64,000 bases of DNA, from the IMG/VR virus record IMGVR_UViG_3300046007_006189, one strand, 5' to 3'. Both the position numbers and the translations under genes were made by a program. This stretch comes from an uncultured virus (IMG/VR IMGVR_UViG_3300046007_006189) (lineage: Duplodnaviria; Heunggongvirae; Uroviricota; Caudoviricetes). Under the pieces are notes generated by a model that did not search any database, was not told where the DNA came from, and was given only the letters and a program-made list of their open reading frames with translations. Each line of letters opens with the position of its first letter. Positions within the stretch are counted from its first letter, which is position 1. Positions 1 through 11,330 of this stretch are shown here, piece after piece.

Positions 1-2536
1 TTACTCCAACAAATACTGCGCTTTCGTCTGTTGCTGCATCAAAGTCAAGCACCATTATGGAATTGCGTGTGTCAATTGTTGCGTAGTTTGCTGCTGGTGG
101 TTGATTGTCTAATGGAGTATATACTGCATATGTCTTGGATCCACCGCCACCACCTGTAGTAGAAAGAGTTATGGTTCCTGCTGAAGCAGTAAAGGTAATA
201 CCTGTACTCGCGGCAAAAGTAATGCCTCCAGTAAATCCGTTTACGCGGCTTACACCTGTGACTGCGCCAGTCTGATTGTTGAATGATGTAACGACACCAG
301 TAATATTTGTTCCAGATCCAGAGAAACCAACAGTAGAGGATACAAGTCCTGTGAAGTTTGCAGTTGTTCCTTGCAAGGTTCCTGAAAGAGTAACACCACC
401 AGAAGCACTTATGCCATTGGTAGTGCTGATATATCCTACAAATAGATTAGAAAATCCATCAAGACTGCTGTTATTCCCATATAAAGCAGCATCACCAGCC
501 ACATAACTAATTGTATTTCCGGTATCAATTGCATTTGGATCACCTATTGTGATATCTCCAAACGGACTTGATAACTGCAAAACTCCGAGAGCATCTCTTA
601 AAAATATATAAGTACTTTGGTTACTGCCATCGTAGTCTCCGATAGCAACTCTAGCAGATCCCCTGTTGTCAATATCTAACTGAGACTTTCCCCCCGCAGT
701 ATTTGTTATGGTTGCAACAGTCAGAGTATTGGCACTGTTTATATCTACATCCGAATTAAATGTTATACCACCAGAAGCACTAATCCCCGCAGTGAATCTT
801 GTAAGTGCGCTGAAAGTTCCTCCTGCTGAACTAATACCATTTGTAAAACTTTGAAGAGGACCAAATGTATTTGCCGTTCCTGTGGTCACCCCTGTAACAG
901 CTCCCGTCAGACCATTAAAACTCAACACCCCAGTATTTGAAACTGTCAGAGTGTTTCCCGAGACAGATAGATCGATTCCAGAACCATTAGTTAAACCTAC
1001 TGGTCCAGTAAGACCTCTCACGGAACTTACAACATTTTTAGTAAGTGCTAATGTGCCGGTATCTGTCGGAAATGTTATTGTAGTATTAGATCCACCAGCA
1101 AGACCCGCAGTCCATCGCTGACTTCCAACATCTATGCCAGTATCAAAATTAAATGTTACTCCGCTTCCACCATATTCAGTCAAGTAACTACTGCCAAGTG
1201 ATCCAGAACCTTCTATTGATTGGGTTTGATTGAAAGTGTTTGCTGCATTTGTTTTCGCAACATTTGTAATAGCCCCAGTACCACCATCAATACTCAATAC
1301 TCCAGTATTACTGAAGGTCATAGTCTGACCAGACACACTAATACCAATTCCGTTGCCGTTGGTCAAACCAATAGCACCAGTTAATCCACGCAAAGATTCA
1401 ACATATGCAGTAGCAATTGGAGATGAAAATACAATAAACAAAACTTGATGGTTGTTTGAAAATCCTGATGTCCCGGTTCCAGCAGAAGTAATTCCAGTTA
1501 CTGGAATACTCGTATAATCATTTAAAATTACTGTTGGAGCGGAATTAATTCTCCAAGTTTGGTAATTATTTGAATCACTGGCATCTTGAATTATTAAATT
1601 ATCATTTTGCTTGAGCAATGAAAGAAATATGTCAATGTCATCCCCATTGTTATCTAAATGGTCAAGATATAGTATTGTTGAACTAGTTTGGGTGGCATTA
1701 TTATATCTTATTTCACCATTTCCAGTAGGTGGAGTCTGGGTTGTCGTATGAACTTTATAACTGTAATAATTTGAAGATTGTCCTGGTTCACCTTGTGCAC
1801 CAGTAGCACCAGTGTTTCCCTGAATACCTTGAGAACCAGTAGCACCAGTAGCACCTGTAGATCCAGTAGCACCTGTTACACCTTGAGAACCAGTAGCACC
1901 AGTAGCACCAGTGTTTCCCTGAATACCTTGAGAACCAGTAGCACCAGTAGCACCAGTGTTTCCCTGAATACCTTGAGAACCAGTAGCACCAGTAGCACCT
2001 GTAGATCCAGTAGCACCTGTTACACCTTGAGAACCAGTAGCACCAGTAGCACCAGTGTTTCCCTGAATACCTTGAGAACCAGTAGCACCAGTAGCACCAG
2101 TAGCACCAGTGTTTCCCTGAATACCTTGAGAACCAGTAGCACCAGTAGCACCTGTAGATCCAGTAGCACCTGTTACACCTTGAGAACCAGTAGCACCAGT
2201 AGCACCTGTAGATCCAGTAGCACCTGTTACACCTTGAGAACCAGTAGCACCAGTGACACCATTGATTCCATTGTTACCAGTAGCACCAGTAGCACCAGTT
2301 GCTCCGGTTGTTCCACTCAGCACTGCCGCAGAAATTGTTAGTGTATTTCCTGATGCAGAAATTGTTATATTAGAACCAGCCGATATACCAACAGGACCAG
2401 TAACTCCGTTTAACGATTGAACATAATTACTACTAATATCTTTTGCTTTCCAACCATAACCATCATATATCCATTCGTTTGTGGATATGGAATGTGTTGT
2501 ACCTATAGATGGATTTATTGGAAAATCAACAGGCAT
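1..2536 (-). CDS. Collagen-like tail fibre/virion fibre protein, partial (runs off the left edge)
   Basis: Absent from the ORF track because it has no stop in the window. ATG at 2536 gives [29 protein letters not shown]. It contains a long Gly-X-Y tract ([12 protein letters not shown]...) and VxSxNGLTGAV fibre repeats, and the same frame reads ...[36 protein letters not shown] at the left edge. Confidence 0.85.
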   Translation of the reverse strand, partial: MPVDFPINPSIGTTHSISTNEWIYDGYGWKAKDISSNYVQSLNGVTGPVGISAGSNITISASGNTLTISAAVLSGTTGATGATGATGNNGINGVTGATGSQGVTGATGSTGATGATGSQGVTGATGSTGATGATGSQGIQGNTGATGATGATGSQGIQGNTGATGATGSQGVTGATGSTGATGATGSQGIQGNTGATGATGSQGIQGNTGATGATGSQGVTGATGSTGATGATGSQGIQGNTGATGAQGEPGQSSNYYSYKVHTTTQTPPTGNGEIRYNNATQTSSTILYLDHLDNNGDDIDIFLSLLKQNDNLIIQDASDSNNYQTWRINSAPTVILNDYTSIPVTGITSAGTGTSGFSNNHQVLFIVFSSPIATAYVESLRGLTGAIGLTNGNGIGISVSGQTMTFSNTGVLSIDGGTGAITNVAKTNAANTFNQTQSIEGSGSLGSSYLTEYGGSGVTFNFDTGIDVGSQRWTAGLAGGSNTTITFPTDTGTLALTKNVVSSVRGLTGPVGLTNGSGIDLSVSGNTLTVSNTGVLSFNGLTGAVTGVTTGTANTFGPLQSFTNGISSAGGTFSALTRFTAGISASGGITFNSDVDINSANTLTVATITNTAGGKSQLDIDNRGSARVAIGDYDGSNQSTYIFLRDALGVLQLSSPFGDITIGDPNAIDTGNTISYVAGDAALYGNNSSLDGFSNLFVGYISTTNGISASGGVTLSGTLQGTTANFTGLVSSTVGFSGSGTNITGVVTSFNNQTGAVTGVSRVNGFTGGITFAASTGITFTASAGTITLSTTGGGGGSKTYAVYTPLDNQPPAANYATIDTRNSIMVLDFDAATDESAVFVGV
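1029..1309. repeat. ~280-bp dispersed repeat shared with 7094-7374 (fibre module duplication)
   Basis: Aligns by eye without gaps, e.g. acaacatttttagtaagtgcta..gtgccggtatctgtcggaaatgttattgtagtattagatccacca and ttgattgggtttgattgaaagtgtttgctgcatttgtt occur in both copies. Confidence 0.9.
1785..2320 (-). repeat. Collagen-like Gly-X-Y tandem repeat ([18 protein letters not shown] triplets)
   Basis: Tandem 9-nt units (ccagtagca, ccttgagaa, ccctgaata) arranged in higher-order blocks. Confidence 0.95.
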
Positions 2537-2543
2537 TTTAATT

Positions 2544-5438
2544 TCACCAGAACTTCAAAGTTCTCCACATTTCCTGACCAGTATGACGCATGACGTACAA
2601 ATATGTCAAGCCATCAACAGTTTTTACAAGTTCAAATTTATTGCTGAGGGTTGCGGTGCTATGAGCATATGGAATAGATGCTGCTGTTTCTACTTGGAAT
2701 GTAGAAAGGTCTAGTTCATAAATACGGTTTGTAGCATCTTTGGTGAAGTAATACGAATCAACTCCGTCATAGACATACATAGAACCCGTAGTCAAAGTAG
2801 CTGTAATTGGTGTAATGAATGGCGTGAGTTCCCAAGTTGATGTTGGGATGTCAAATATATCAAAGATATTTGATGCACCGCCACGGGGAGAAATCAACCA
2901 TCTTCCCCTTTTATCTACATCGGAAAGACCAAACAGCCATTTTATATCAATACCTGTGCTTCTTGCTGGAATTTCATAAATTGCATAGAATGTATCTGTG
3001 GCGTTGGAAGTTAATGTAGGTACAGTAATTACTGTTGCAGTATTTGATGTTACTGAAACTTCTACTGTTGCTGTACCAGCAGAAGAAGAAGCGGTTCCAG
3101 CAATATAACGAATTCTTTTTCCTGCCAGATAGTTTGTTGGGAAATTTTTATTTGCATCAGTAACAGTTGTTGTTCCTCCACCAGTAGTTACTATTCCATA
3201 CGAGTCCATAATCTCATACTTTGAAGTTGCATCTGGTGTTGCGACGTTCCAAGAAGCCACGGTTAGAGTAGTTGCAGTATTAGAAGTAATTACAACATCA
3301 TTTCCTTCTCCCGTTCCTGAAACAACTCTAACACGGCAGTTTTGATATTGATTATTTCTCCAATTTTTGGTTGTGTCAACCAAAGTTGTCGATGATCCTG
3401 AAGTCGCCCAACCCAACGGAGCTCTTTCTGCTACTTTATCAATGCACATTGCACCGAATGGTCGTGCTTCTTGAATCACATAACGAGATGTTCCGTTTGC
3501 CATCACTGAAATTACAGACGACAAAGTTAATGTTGTTGCAGTGTTTGCGGTGATACGTCTAGCACCCGCGTTAGTTGGTGACGTTCCCGCTGTTTGCACG
3601 AATACCACTCTACCAACATGCTCGTTTGTATTCCAGTTTTGAGTAGCATCCACAATCAAAGATGTGGTGAGTGAGCTGGCCGCAGTTGGGCTTTGGGTTG
3701 CGGCAGAATTTGCAGCAATGCTAAATGCGGTTTGAGAATTAGTTCCTATTACTGCAAATGTATCATTGAAAGTTGTTTCTGTGGCACAACCAGCAATAAT
3801 AACAGATTCACCATGCCTGAAATCGTGATTTACTGCTGAAACTACGTTTCCTACTTTTCCAACAGTAAGAGTTATTGTAAGACCAGAACCAGAACCACCT
3901 GTGGTGTTCGATGAACCGTTTGAATAACCGCTTCCTGATGCAGCAAGTTGCAAAGATGTTACTGCACCACCAGCAGTAACTCCGGTAACATATACCTGAC
4001 CGTTTGTTCCTGTGGTGGAACATGTAACTAAATCTCCAGCAACATAGTTTGTTCCTGCTGCATTTACTGCAACGCTCAAAATACCGCTTGCGCTGTATGT
4101 TATGCTAGTTATTCCATATCCTTCATGTGGTGGACCGTAAGATAATGTGATACCAGAAGCAGGGGTTGCAGAAATTTGTCTAGCAACACCAGTATCTACT
4201 ATTGGCGCACTTGCCCACAAGTCGTGTTCAACCGAATATTGATACATTGCTGAGGAAGCGTTTCCAGCAAGCCACATTTTGTCGGTATCTCCGTATATTG
4301 CATAACCCGATGTGTTATCTGGAGTAATATCCCATTTCTTTTCAACATAAAAAGTATCTGCTGAGTTTGCAGTAATTCTTCTTCGTTGTCCAATTCCTTT
4401 ACCAGAAACAATTCTCAACTGATAATTTGTATAACGGTCGTATGCATAAGTTGCTCCGCTTTGAACCAATGTTTTTGCAGCAGCAGAAGAAGCAGTCACA
4501 CCGCTAATAAATACTCCACCAGCCTCACCTGTTCTGTCAATTGCAAAATCCGTACCTAAGGCAGCAGCATGATGCATTGGACCGGAAGGAGTTTTTGTGA
4601 ACCAAGAGTCCAAAAGAATATCATAATATTGAAACGCAGCAAATGGTGTGGATGCTGCGGCTGTCATCAGCCAAATTCCACCCGTCATTATTTGGTATAT
4701 TGAACTTGCATCAGGAGTAACTGTCCAAGCCGAATCTACAGTTAATTCACTGGATTCAATTACAAAGTTAGTTTGCGAACCCGCAGTTGTTACTGGTACT
4801 GCAAAGGGGGTTACGGCAGAAAAACCAGTATTGTTAAAAGAATCTACTGCTTGATGGTTGGTATCAGAGAATGTCAGAGTGGTTGTATCATTGTAAAGAA
4901 TTTTTCTTACTTGAGACTGACCAGTGCTGAATATCAAACGACAGTTGTAGCCGTCCCATTGATTAACTCTCCATTTTTTGGTAGAGTCACCGATTTGAGT
5001 TGCGCTAGCAGTTGTTGCCAAACCATTGTCGTGAATCACTCCATCCGAGCAAGCAGTAATTGTTCTTTCTTGTCCTGCACCAGTACCATAAAGAATTCTA
5101 ATTTTACTTCCTACACAAACATTTCCCAGTCTACCAAGTCCACCAATTGTTATCGTGGTGGAAGTTGCACTGATTGTATGTCCTCTGCTTCCAGAGAATG
5201 CAGCATATTTTCCGGTAACGGCAGTGGCAGGAGCAATATTTGGTGCAGCACATTCTTGCCATGAATCACTATAGGTATCATATCGCCACATTGCCTGACC
5301 GACAATGTAGTACATATATCGCGCACTGGCATCAGAGGACAACAAAGTAGCGGTGCTGCTTGTTGTTGTAGGAGCAAAACGCATCCATTCGAATACTGGT
5401 TGATCAACTTGTGGTTTTAAAAGATTTGTAACTGGCAT
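2544..5438 (-). CDS. Large Ser/Thr-rich virion/tail-associated protein with internal repeats and Kelch-like blades
   Basis: 964-aa ORF with about six repeats like R-I-x-x-G-x-G-x-G-Q-x-R-x-I-T-x-N-T-A-T-T-L-T and blade-like motifs ([35 protein letters not shown]); lies among fibre genes. Confidence 0.6.
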   Translation of the reverse strand: MPVTNLLKPQVDQPVFEWMRFAPTTTSSTATLLSSDASARYMYYIVGQAMWRYDTYSDSWQECAAPNIAPATAVTGKYAAFSGSRGHTISATSTTITIGGLGRLGNVCVGSKIRILYGTGAGQERTITACSDGVIHDNGLATTASATQIGDSTKKWRVNQWDGYNCRLIFSTGQSQVRKILYNDTTTLTFSDTNHQAVDSFNNTGFSAVTPFAVPVTTAGSQTNFVIESSELTVDSAWTVTPDASSIYQIMTGGIWLMTAAASTPFAAFQYYDILLDSWFTKTPSGPMHHAAALGTDFAIDRTGEAGGVFISGVTASSAAAKTLVQSGATYAYDRYTNYQLRIVSGKGIGQRRRITANSADTFYVEKKWDITPDNTSGYAIYGDTDKMWLAGNASSAMYQYSVEHDLWASAPIVDTGVARQISATPASGITLSYGPPHEGYGITSITYSASGILSVAVNAAGTNYVAGDLVTCSTTGTNGQVYVTGVTAGGAVTSLQLAASGSGYSNGSSNTTGGSGSGLTITLTVGKVGNVVSAVNHDFRHGESVIIAGCATETTFNDTFAVIGTNSQTAFSIAANSAATQSPTAASSLTTSLIVDATQNWNTNEHVGRVVFVQTAGTSPTNAGARRITANTATTLTLSSVISVMANGTSRYVIQEARPFGAMCIDKVAERAPLGWATSGSSTTLVDTTKNWRNNQYQNCRVRVVSGTGEGNDVVITSNTATTLTVASWNVATPDATSKYEIMDSYGIVTTGGGTTTVTDANKNFPTNYLAGKRIRYIAGTASSSAGTATVEVSVTSNTATVITVPTLTSNATDTFYAIYEIPARSTGIDIKWLFGLSDVDKRGRWLISPRGGASNIFDIFDIPTSTWELTPFITPITATLTTGSMYVYDGVDSYYFTKDATNRIYELDLSTFQVETAASIPYAHSTATLSNKFELVKTVDGLTYLYVMRHTGQEMWRTLKFW

Positions 5439-5450
5439 AATATTTTCCTA

Positions 5451-6077
5451 TTAAGTGAATGATAATTTAGAACGAATTGCTTGAGCATAACAAGCTTGAG
5501 CATCATTGGCTACACGCCATAATTGATGAAGTGGACCTTCTGAAACCAATCCTACTGCCTGTGATGTCGATAGAGTATATGGATTTACTGCTGAGTTGTT
5601 GAATGTTGTAGCGGTTACAGCATTGTTCACATTGGCTGTGGCTGTAACTGTTCCCGAAACAGGAATAGAGGCGTTAACTTCGGTTGGTGTTGCCAAGTTG
5701 GTTCCGATTGCTTCTATTACGACCTTTTGACGTAGACGGGAATCGACAACAGCATTGCTTTCCAAAAGTTTGTTCATGCGGCGAAGAAGTGTTGCTAGGC
5801 TTTCTTCATAACTCTCAACATCAATGTAAATTTGCAGAACATCTGTAGCACTCATGGATGTGGTGTCGTAATCAAGAGTCAGCACATTGTTGACGAAACT
5901 TACGGCGCCGGTGGTTGAACTTGCAAAATTGTAAATAATGGTGTTAGCGGTTACATTGGTAATCAAAAGAATATTAGCCAATGTAACTTGCTGAGACAGT
6001 CCTGAAAAGGTTACTGTCTTTGCAGTTGGGTCAAAAGTGTAAGTTCCCGATGTATCTTGTCCTAATAATTTCTTCAT
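5451..6077 (-). CDS. Putative virion structural protein (YTFDxxAKT...ILLITNVTxNxIIYNFA domain)
   Basis: 208-aa ORF with AGGGGA RBS, preceded by a TATAAATA late promoter; the N-terminal domain resembles ones common in aquatic phage tail/baseplate proteins. Confidence 0.55.
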   Translation of the reverse strand: MKKLLGQDTSGTYTFDPTAKTVTFSGLSQQVTLANILLITNVTANTIIYNFASSTTGAVSFVNNVLTLDYDTTSMSATDVLQIYIDVESYEESLATLLRRMNKLLESNAVVDSRLRQKVVIEAIGTNLATPTEVNASIPVSGTVTATANVNNAVTATTFNNSAVNPYTLSTSQAVGLVSEGPLHQLWRVANDAQACYAQAIRSKLSFT

Positions 6078-6090
6078 TTAATATCCCCTA

Positions 6091-6098
6091 TATTTATA
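6091..6098 (-). promoter_or_regulatory. T4-type late promoter TATAAATA
   Basis: Exact gp55 consensus on the minus strand, overlapping the upstream stop codon, just 5' of an RBS. Confidence 0.7.
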
Positions 6099-8664
6099 GT
6101 ACGGTTGCCATAGCGATTACGAATGCTTCGTTTACTCCTCCACCACCAGAAGAGTCAATTGTAATTGTATTACCGGATGGAACTAGTGTAATATTTGTAC
6201 CGGCTGCTAGGGTTACACCACCTGAAAGACCATTTATAGTTTTAACAATATTGGTAAGATTGGTTCCTGATCCAGAGAACCCAACAGTAGAGGATACAAG
6301 ACCTGTGAAGTTTGCAGTTGTTCCCTGTAATGTTCCTGCAAGAGTCACACCACCCGAAGCTGAAATACCAGCACTAAAGGTTTGCAATGCAATAAAGTTA
6401 TTTGCAGTTCCCGTGGTTACTCCAGTTACAGGACTCCATTCTAGAATAGAATTATTACCATCATGTGACTTTACTCTAAGAACATCTCCTGTTACGCCAC
6501 TAGATTGAGGAAACACAAAGTTTCCATCCACATAAACTACTGGATCTCCTTCTGGATTATCAGTTCTTGTCCATCCAAACTCTATTTTACCTGTATCATT
6601 ATCACCCGCCGTATCCTCAGTAACACTAATATAAGTATTACGATCAGTGACACCACCACTTCCAATTTTAATCTGTTTTCCGGTTGCGTGAGATATGCGT
6701 AGACCCGCTGATCCACTTGCGGTAACAACTTGAGTTGAACCTCCATGACCAGTCCACTTCATGTCAATGTTATTATTAAATTCTACTTTGTTTGAGAATG
6801 TTGCTCCGCCACCAACAAACAAATTTGCGTTTTCTATTTGTACTATATTTGCACTATCATCAATAGTAAGTTTAGAACCGTTGCCCTCAAGATTAATATC
6901 GCCAAATGTAATAAGTGCAGAATCTGCCTTGAATTCAACTCCTTGAGTAAATCCCGAAATAGTTACATTACCTGTGAATGTTACACCACCAGATGCAGAA
7001 ATTCCTGTTGTGAAAGATTGAAGGGCAACAAAGGTATTTGCGGTTCCTGTTGTTACACCGCTAACTGCTCCAGTAAGTCCGTTAAAAGATGATACAACAT
7101 TTTTAGTAAGTGCTACTGTGCCGGTATCTGTCGGAAATGTTATTGTAGTATTAGATCCACCATCAAGACCAGCAGACCATCGCTGACTTGCAACATCTAT
7201 GCCAGTATCAAAATTAATTGTTATTCCACTTCCACCATATTCAGCCAAGTAACTACTGCTAAATGGTCCAGAACCTTGTATTGATTGGGTTTGATTGAAA
7301 GTGTTTGCTGCATTTGTTCTTGCAACATTTGTAATAGCTCCAGTGCTACCGTCAATACTCAGTACCCCAGTATTCGAAACAGTCAGAGTGTTTCCAGAAA
7401 CTGATAGACCGATTCCAGAACCGTTGGTTATGCCGACAGCACCAGTAAGACCATTTATTCTGCTGACTCCAACAATTGCTCCAGTAGAACCATTAAAACT
7501 TTGAACACCAGTATTAGTAATAGTGACAGAACCAGTAGCACCCGACACAGATATGCCTGTTCCGCCCACAGCAGCCGACACGCCTTGAATTGCGCCTGTG
7601 CGTCCATTGATAGAAGTTACTGCACCACTTAAAATTTCACTAATTGCAAGATCGGAATCAATTTGCAAATTACTATCAAGTATCAGTTTTTTACCAATTA
7701 TGGAACTCGTATCAGTATATTCAATTTCGGGTATTTGTACATTCGATGTGATAACATCATTTACCGTAGCAGTATACATGGTTGCGGTTGAACCAAAAGT
7801 TTGCAACAGTAATATATCACTCGGAGCAACTGTAGCAATAGAGGGGAAAGTTAGTCCACCCCTTCTGAAATTTACAGAAAAGGAAATTCCATTGCTACTC
7901 ACCGAGTGTGTAATTCCTCTGCCACCTATGAATGTAACCGCACCCGTCAACCCGTTAGCCGAAGACACACCCTGTACTGCACCTGTAAGTTCGTTGAATG
8001 AATAAACACCAGTATTTGAAACAGTCAGAGTCTTTCCAGAAACAGACACACCAATTCCAGAGTCGTTGATAATGTCAACAGCACCAGTAAGACCACGAAT
8101 TGAAATTACATAATCACCTACTGGACCAGTTGCTCCAGTATTACCAGTATTACCAGTATTACCCTGAATTCCCTGAATACCTTGAATACCTTGAATACCT
8201 TGGATTCCTTGAGGACCGGTTTCTCCAGTATTACCAGTATTACCTTGAATACCTTGAATACCTTGGATTCCTTGAGGACCGGTTTCTCCAGTATTACCAG
8301 TATTACCTGTATTACCTTGAATACCTTGGATTCCTTGAGGACCAGTTTCTCCAGTATTACCAGTATTACCTTGAATACCTTGGATTCCCTGAATACCTTG
8401 AATACCTTGGATACCTTGAGAACCAGTTTCTCCAGTATTACCCTGAATACCCTGAATACCTTGGATTCCTTGAGGACCAGTTTCTCCAGTAGCACCAGTT
8501 GTACCTTTTGGTCCCGGAACAGATGGTCCTAATGGGGTGGTAGCAAGAACTGTCGTTTTTTCCGTTGTTGCAATTAAATTAGTTGGATTTGCATACGAAG
8601 TTACAGTTATATCAGCAGACTGAACTGAATTTACTATAATATTATTGACAGTTGGGTCTGACAT
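6094..8664 (-). CDS. Collagen-like tail fibre protein
   Basis: 856 aa with a Gly-X-Y tract (GETGPQGIQGNT) followed by repeated VxSxNGxTGAV and TNTGV fibre motifs. Confidence 0.8.
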   Translation of the reverse strand: MSDPTVNNIIVNSVQSADITVTSYANPTNLIATTEKTTVLATTPLGPSVPGPKGTTGATGETGPQGIQGIQGIQGNTGETGSQGIQGIQGIQGIQGIQGNTGNTGETGPQGIQGIQGNTGNTGNTGETGPQGIQGIQGIQGNTGNTGETGPQGIQGIQGIQGIQGIQGNTGNTGNTGATGPVGDYVISIRGLTGAVDIINDSGIGVSVSGKTLTVSNTGVYSFNELTGAVQGVSSANGLTGAVTFIGGRGITHSVSSNGISFSVNFRRGGLTFPSIATVAPSDILLLQTFGSTATMYTATVNDVITSNVQIPEIEYTDTSSIIGKKLILDSNLQIDSDLAISEILSGAVTSINGRTGAIQGVSAAVGGTGISVSGATGSVTITNTGVQSFNGSTGAIVGVSRINGLTGAVGITNGSGIGLSVSGNTLTVSNTGVLSIDGSTGAITNVARTNAANTFNQTQSIQGSGPFSSSYLAEYGGSGITINFDTGIDVASQRWSAGLDGGSNTTITFPTDTGTVALTKNVVSSFNGLTGAVSGVTTGTANTFVALQSFTTGISASGGVTFTGNVTISGFTQGVEFKADSALITFGDINLEGNGSKLTIDDSANIVQIENANLFVGGGATFSNKVEFNNNIDMKWTGHGGSTQVVTASGSAGLRISHATGKQIKIGSGGVTDRNTYISVTEDTAGDNDTGKIEFGWTRTDNPEGDPVVYVDGNFVFPQSSGVTGDVLRVKSHDGNNSILEWSPVTGVTTGTANNFIALQTFSAGISASGGVTLAGTLQGTTANFTGLVSSTVGFSGSGTNLTNIVKTINGLSGGVTLAAGTNITLVPSGNTITIDSSGGGGVNEAFVIAMATVL
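8125..8510 (-). repeat. Collagen-like Gly-X-Y tandem repeat (GIQ/GNT/GET/GPQ)
   Basis: Tandem 9-nt units (ccttgaata, ccagtatta). Confidence 0.95.
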
Positions 8665-8667
8665 TTG

Positions 8668-9099
8668 TTATCTTGTAATTTCTCTAGATACCTCAAATGT
8701 CCCTTCCACTAATCTATATGTTTCACCTACACTATTTGTGATTTCAAAATCATAAAAGTGTTTTCCTGCTGGAACATTTTTCATGGTAGTTCTATCTATT
8801 TTAAATAATATACCACCAGTATACCCAGAAGATCCAGAAGTTGATGTGTTAAAACTAATACCACCAATTCCTGCAACTCCATCAATACCTACAGTAAATT
8901 CGCCAGTTGTTCCACCACCAGTGACCCCAACATCTGTTAAAAACAAAACAACTTTAGGATCTTTTTCGGATCTTCTTGCTTGAAGAGCTCCAGTAAAGTT
9001 TGATAAATTTATACCAGTACCACCCTTGTACTTATAATCTAAATGCAATTTAAAGGTAGAACCCTGTTCTGCGTATATGTCGTATCTGGATGCTGGCAT
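8668..9099 (-). CDS. Small beta-sandwich tail/fibre-associated protein (YDIxxEQGSTF ... YDFEI ... RLVEG family)
   Basis: 143 aa with a motif pattern typical of phage fibre-attachment/adaptor beta-sandwich proteins; late promoter upstream. Confidence 0.6.
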   Translation of the reverse strand: MPASRYDIYAEQGSTFKLHLDYKYKGGTGINLSNFTGALQARRSEKDPKVVLFLTDVGVTGGGTTGEFTVGIDGVAGIGGISFNTSTSGSSGYTGGILFKIDRTTMKNVPAGKHFYDFEITNSVGETYRLVEGTFEVSREITR

Positions 9100-9111
9100 T
9101 TATATCTTCCT

Positions 9112-10323
9112 TTATGTATATTTATATTTCTTTTTCTTCTTGAATGTTTTCTTCTTTGACACAGGAGATGGGGTTGGTTCTTCTTTAGGCAATTTTACCA
9201 ATCCCTGTTCTACTAATCTATCCAATGCTTTTTGATATTCTTCCATGTTCTTTTGAACACGGGGAAGTTCGTCTGGTGGGACATTTCCTTCCTTTAGCAT
9301 TTTTTCTGTTGCTAAATACCCAATTGTTGGGTGTCCTGCATAGAAAGCAGTAGATGAAACCTCATCCAAAATACCAAACTTATAAACAATATCTGCAACG
9401 AATAGAATATCATTCTTCGGGAAAGGAATATCCATTGCTGCTTTAGCATACAGGTATGCCAAAACCGGCATATTAAACTTTTGACGGTATATTTGAGCAA
9501 TATGGAATAGTGGTTCTGCTCTTGTTGGACGGAAATTATATGCGTCCAAGAAGGTCTGTTGAACCTCAGGCCATGGTTTATTCTGAAGAGCCTTTGCGAT
9601 TGCTACTCTATAGATTGAATAGTAAACCTCTTCTGGCCACCCACCCATTTCTGCTCTTTTGATATAAGCAACTTCTGCTTTATCATATTGCTGTGAATCA
9701 AAATAACTTTGTGCCAGATAGAATTGATATCTTGCATTATCTGGTTCATCGATAAGTGCTTTTTCTAAAACCTCGGCATCTCTGCTGTATTTTTCAATTG
9801 GAGTAATATCTTGATTTCTTGCACCCATTGTTCTAGCAACTACTCTATAGTTACCTTCTAATTTAGATATTACTGGATTTTGTTTCTCACATGCGGCATA
9901 TTCATGCAACACACCAACATATCTCCACTTTGCATCAAGACGGAATATCTGATTTCTCCACCAAGAGAATTCAGGACGACCCATTCTTACAGCATAAGAA
10001 TCAGCATCCATGACATCAGGAATTGGTAATGTTCCTTCTAAGTAATCATCAGCATCTATAACAAATGCATAGTCTGCTTTACCTTCGCATAGTTGGAATG
10101 CCTCAGTTCTATTATGACCGAATCCCTTCCATTCGCGTTCATGAAGTTCTCCGGGTATTCCCTTTTCTTGAAAGAACTTCTTGATTATATCTTGGGTTCC
10201 GTCAGTAGAACCAGTATCGCATATTACCCAATAATCAAGAATATTGTAAATGGAATTTAAACATTCCAAAATAATATGTGACTCATTCTTAACGATCATG
10301 CATAGTGTAAGTTTTGGTTTCAT
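9112..10323 (-). CDS. Glycosyltransferase family 2 with C-terminal TPR repeats
   Basis: LTLCMIVKNE...DTGSTDGT...F.HNR...DADD (DxD motif)...YVGVLHE; TPR-like RYQFYLAQSY and RPTRAEPL. Confidence 0.9.
   Translation of the reverse strand: MKPKLTLCMIVKNESHIILECLNSIYNILDYWVICDTGSTDGTQDIIKKFFQEKGIPGELHEREWKGFGHNRTEAFQLCEGKADYAFVIDADDYLEGTLPIPDVMDADSYAVRMGRPEFSWWRNQIFRLDAKWRYVGVLHEYAACEKQNPVISKLEGNYRVVARTMGARNQDITPIEKYSRDAEVLEKALIDEPDNARYQFYLAQSYFDSQQYDKAEVAYIKRAEMGGWPEEVYYSIYRVAIAKALQNKPWPEVQQTFLDAYNFRPTRAEPLFHIAQIYRQKFNMPVLAYLYAKAAMDIPFPKNDILFVADIVYKFGILDEVSSTAFYAGHPTIGYLATEKMLKEGNVPPDELPRVQKNMEEYQKALDRLVEQGLVKLPKEEPTPSPVSKKKTFKKKKKYKYT
9113..9126 (-). promoter_or_regulatory. Tandem late-promoter motifs TATAAATA (9119-9126) and TATACATA (9113-9120)
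   Basis: Sequence match upstream of the AAGGAAG RBS of the 8668-9099 gene. Confidence 0.65.
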
Positions 10324-11327
10324 AAATTTCTATCTCTCATATCCAAATCGGCAGTGCTCATTGCATATTGTGAATCGACCTGAGACTTTATCCAAGAATA
10401 AGTCTTGATTATTCCCTCTCGTAACGATTGAGTGGGTTCCCAACCAACATTTTCACGATATAGTTTATTATCGGAATTTCTACCACGAACTCCTACGGGT
10501 CCTGGTATGTTATTTATACTGAGATTCTTACCGGAAATATCGATGACCATTTGTGCCAAATCGTTAATTTTAATCATCTCCTCAGAACCAATATTCACAG
10601 GACCAATGAAATCAGATTGCATCAAACGACAAGTTGCTTCAACACACTCATCGATGTATAGGAAAGAACGGGTTTGTTGACCATCTCCCCATACATCAAT
10701 ATGAGTATTGTTTGATGCTTCTGCTACCTTTCTGCATAGAGCAGCAGGTGCTTTTTCCTTACCATTACACCATGTTCCCTCTGGTCCAAAAATATTGTGA
10801 TAACGAGCAACACGAACATTTAGTCCATGATTTCTTGCAAATGCAAGGAACAAACGCTCGCTGAACAGTTTTTCCCAACCATATTCGCTATCAGGTGCGG
10901 CAGGATACGCTGAATCTTCCGAGCATTTCGGATTGTCCGGGTCTTCTTGATTGTATGCAGGATACATACATGCCGAAGAGGAATAAAACACCTTACCGAC
11001 CTTAGTAGTCAGACAACGCTCAACCACATTTAAATTAATTAGTGCGGAATTATGCATGATGTTCGCATCATTCTCACCTGTAAAAATATATCCCGCGCCG
11101 CCCATATCAGCAGCAAGTTGATATACTTCATCAAATTTAGTATTAAATGCGTTATCACATACTAATTGATTACGCAAGTCGCCAACAATAAAATCGTCAG
11201 CAGGAGATGGAGCAAATTCAGGTCGCTTCAAATCGACAACACGAACCCAATGTCCTTCTTTTTTAAATTTCTTTACAAGATGTGAACCGATAAAACCACC
11301 GCCGCCAAGTACTAGTATTTTTTTCAT
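10320..11327 (-). CDS. GDP-mannose 3,5-epimerase-like extended SDR
   Basis: GGGGFIG, QLAADMGGAGYIF, SSACMYP, YGWEK and KEKAPAALCRK, which are the signature motifs of the GME family. Confidence 0.85.
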   Translation of the reverse strand: MKKILVLGGGGFIGSHLVKKFKKEGHWVRVVDLKRPEFAPSPADDFIVGDLRNQLVCDNAFNTKFDEVYQLAADMGGAGYIFTGENDANIMHNSALINLNVVERCLTTKVGKVFYSSSACMYPAYNQEDPDNPKCSEDSAYPAAPDSEYGWEKLFSERLFLAFARNHGLNVRVARYHNIFGPEGTWCNGKEKAPAALCRKVAEASNNTHIDVWGDGQQTRSFLYIDECVEATCRLMQSDFIGPVNIGSEEMIKINDLAQMVIDISGKNLSINNIPGPVGVRGRNSDNKLYRENVGWEPTQSLREGIIKTYSWIKSQVDSQYAMSTADLDMRDRNL

Positions 11328-11330
11328 AAT

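Noticed and set aside
1029..7374. Diversity-generating retroelement TR/VR pair suggested by the 280-bp repeat
   Set aside because: Mismatches are not confined to adenines in one copy, both copies are mid-gene coding modules, and no reverse transcriptase is present in the window
8118..8495. Alternative-frame minus-strand ORF over the collagen repeat as a frameshift product
   Set aside because: It is open only because the 9-nt repeat lacks stops in that frame; no slippery site or RBS was identified
1785..8510. CRISPR-like array in the tandem repeats
   Set aside because: The units are 9-nt in-frame Gly-X-Y codon repeats without unique spacers
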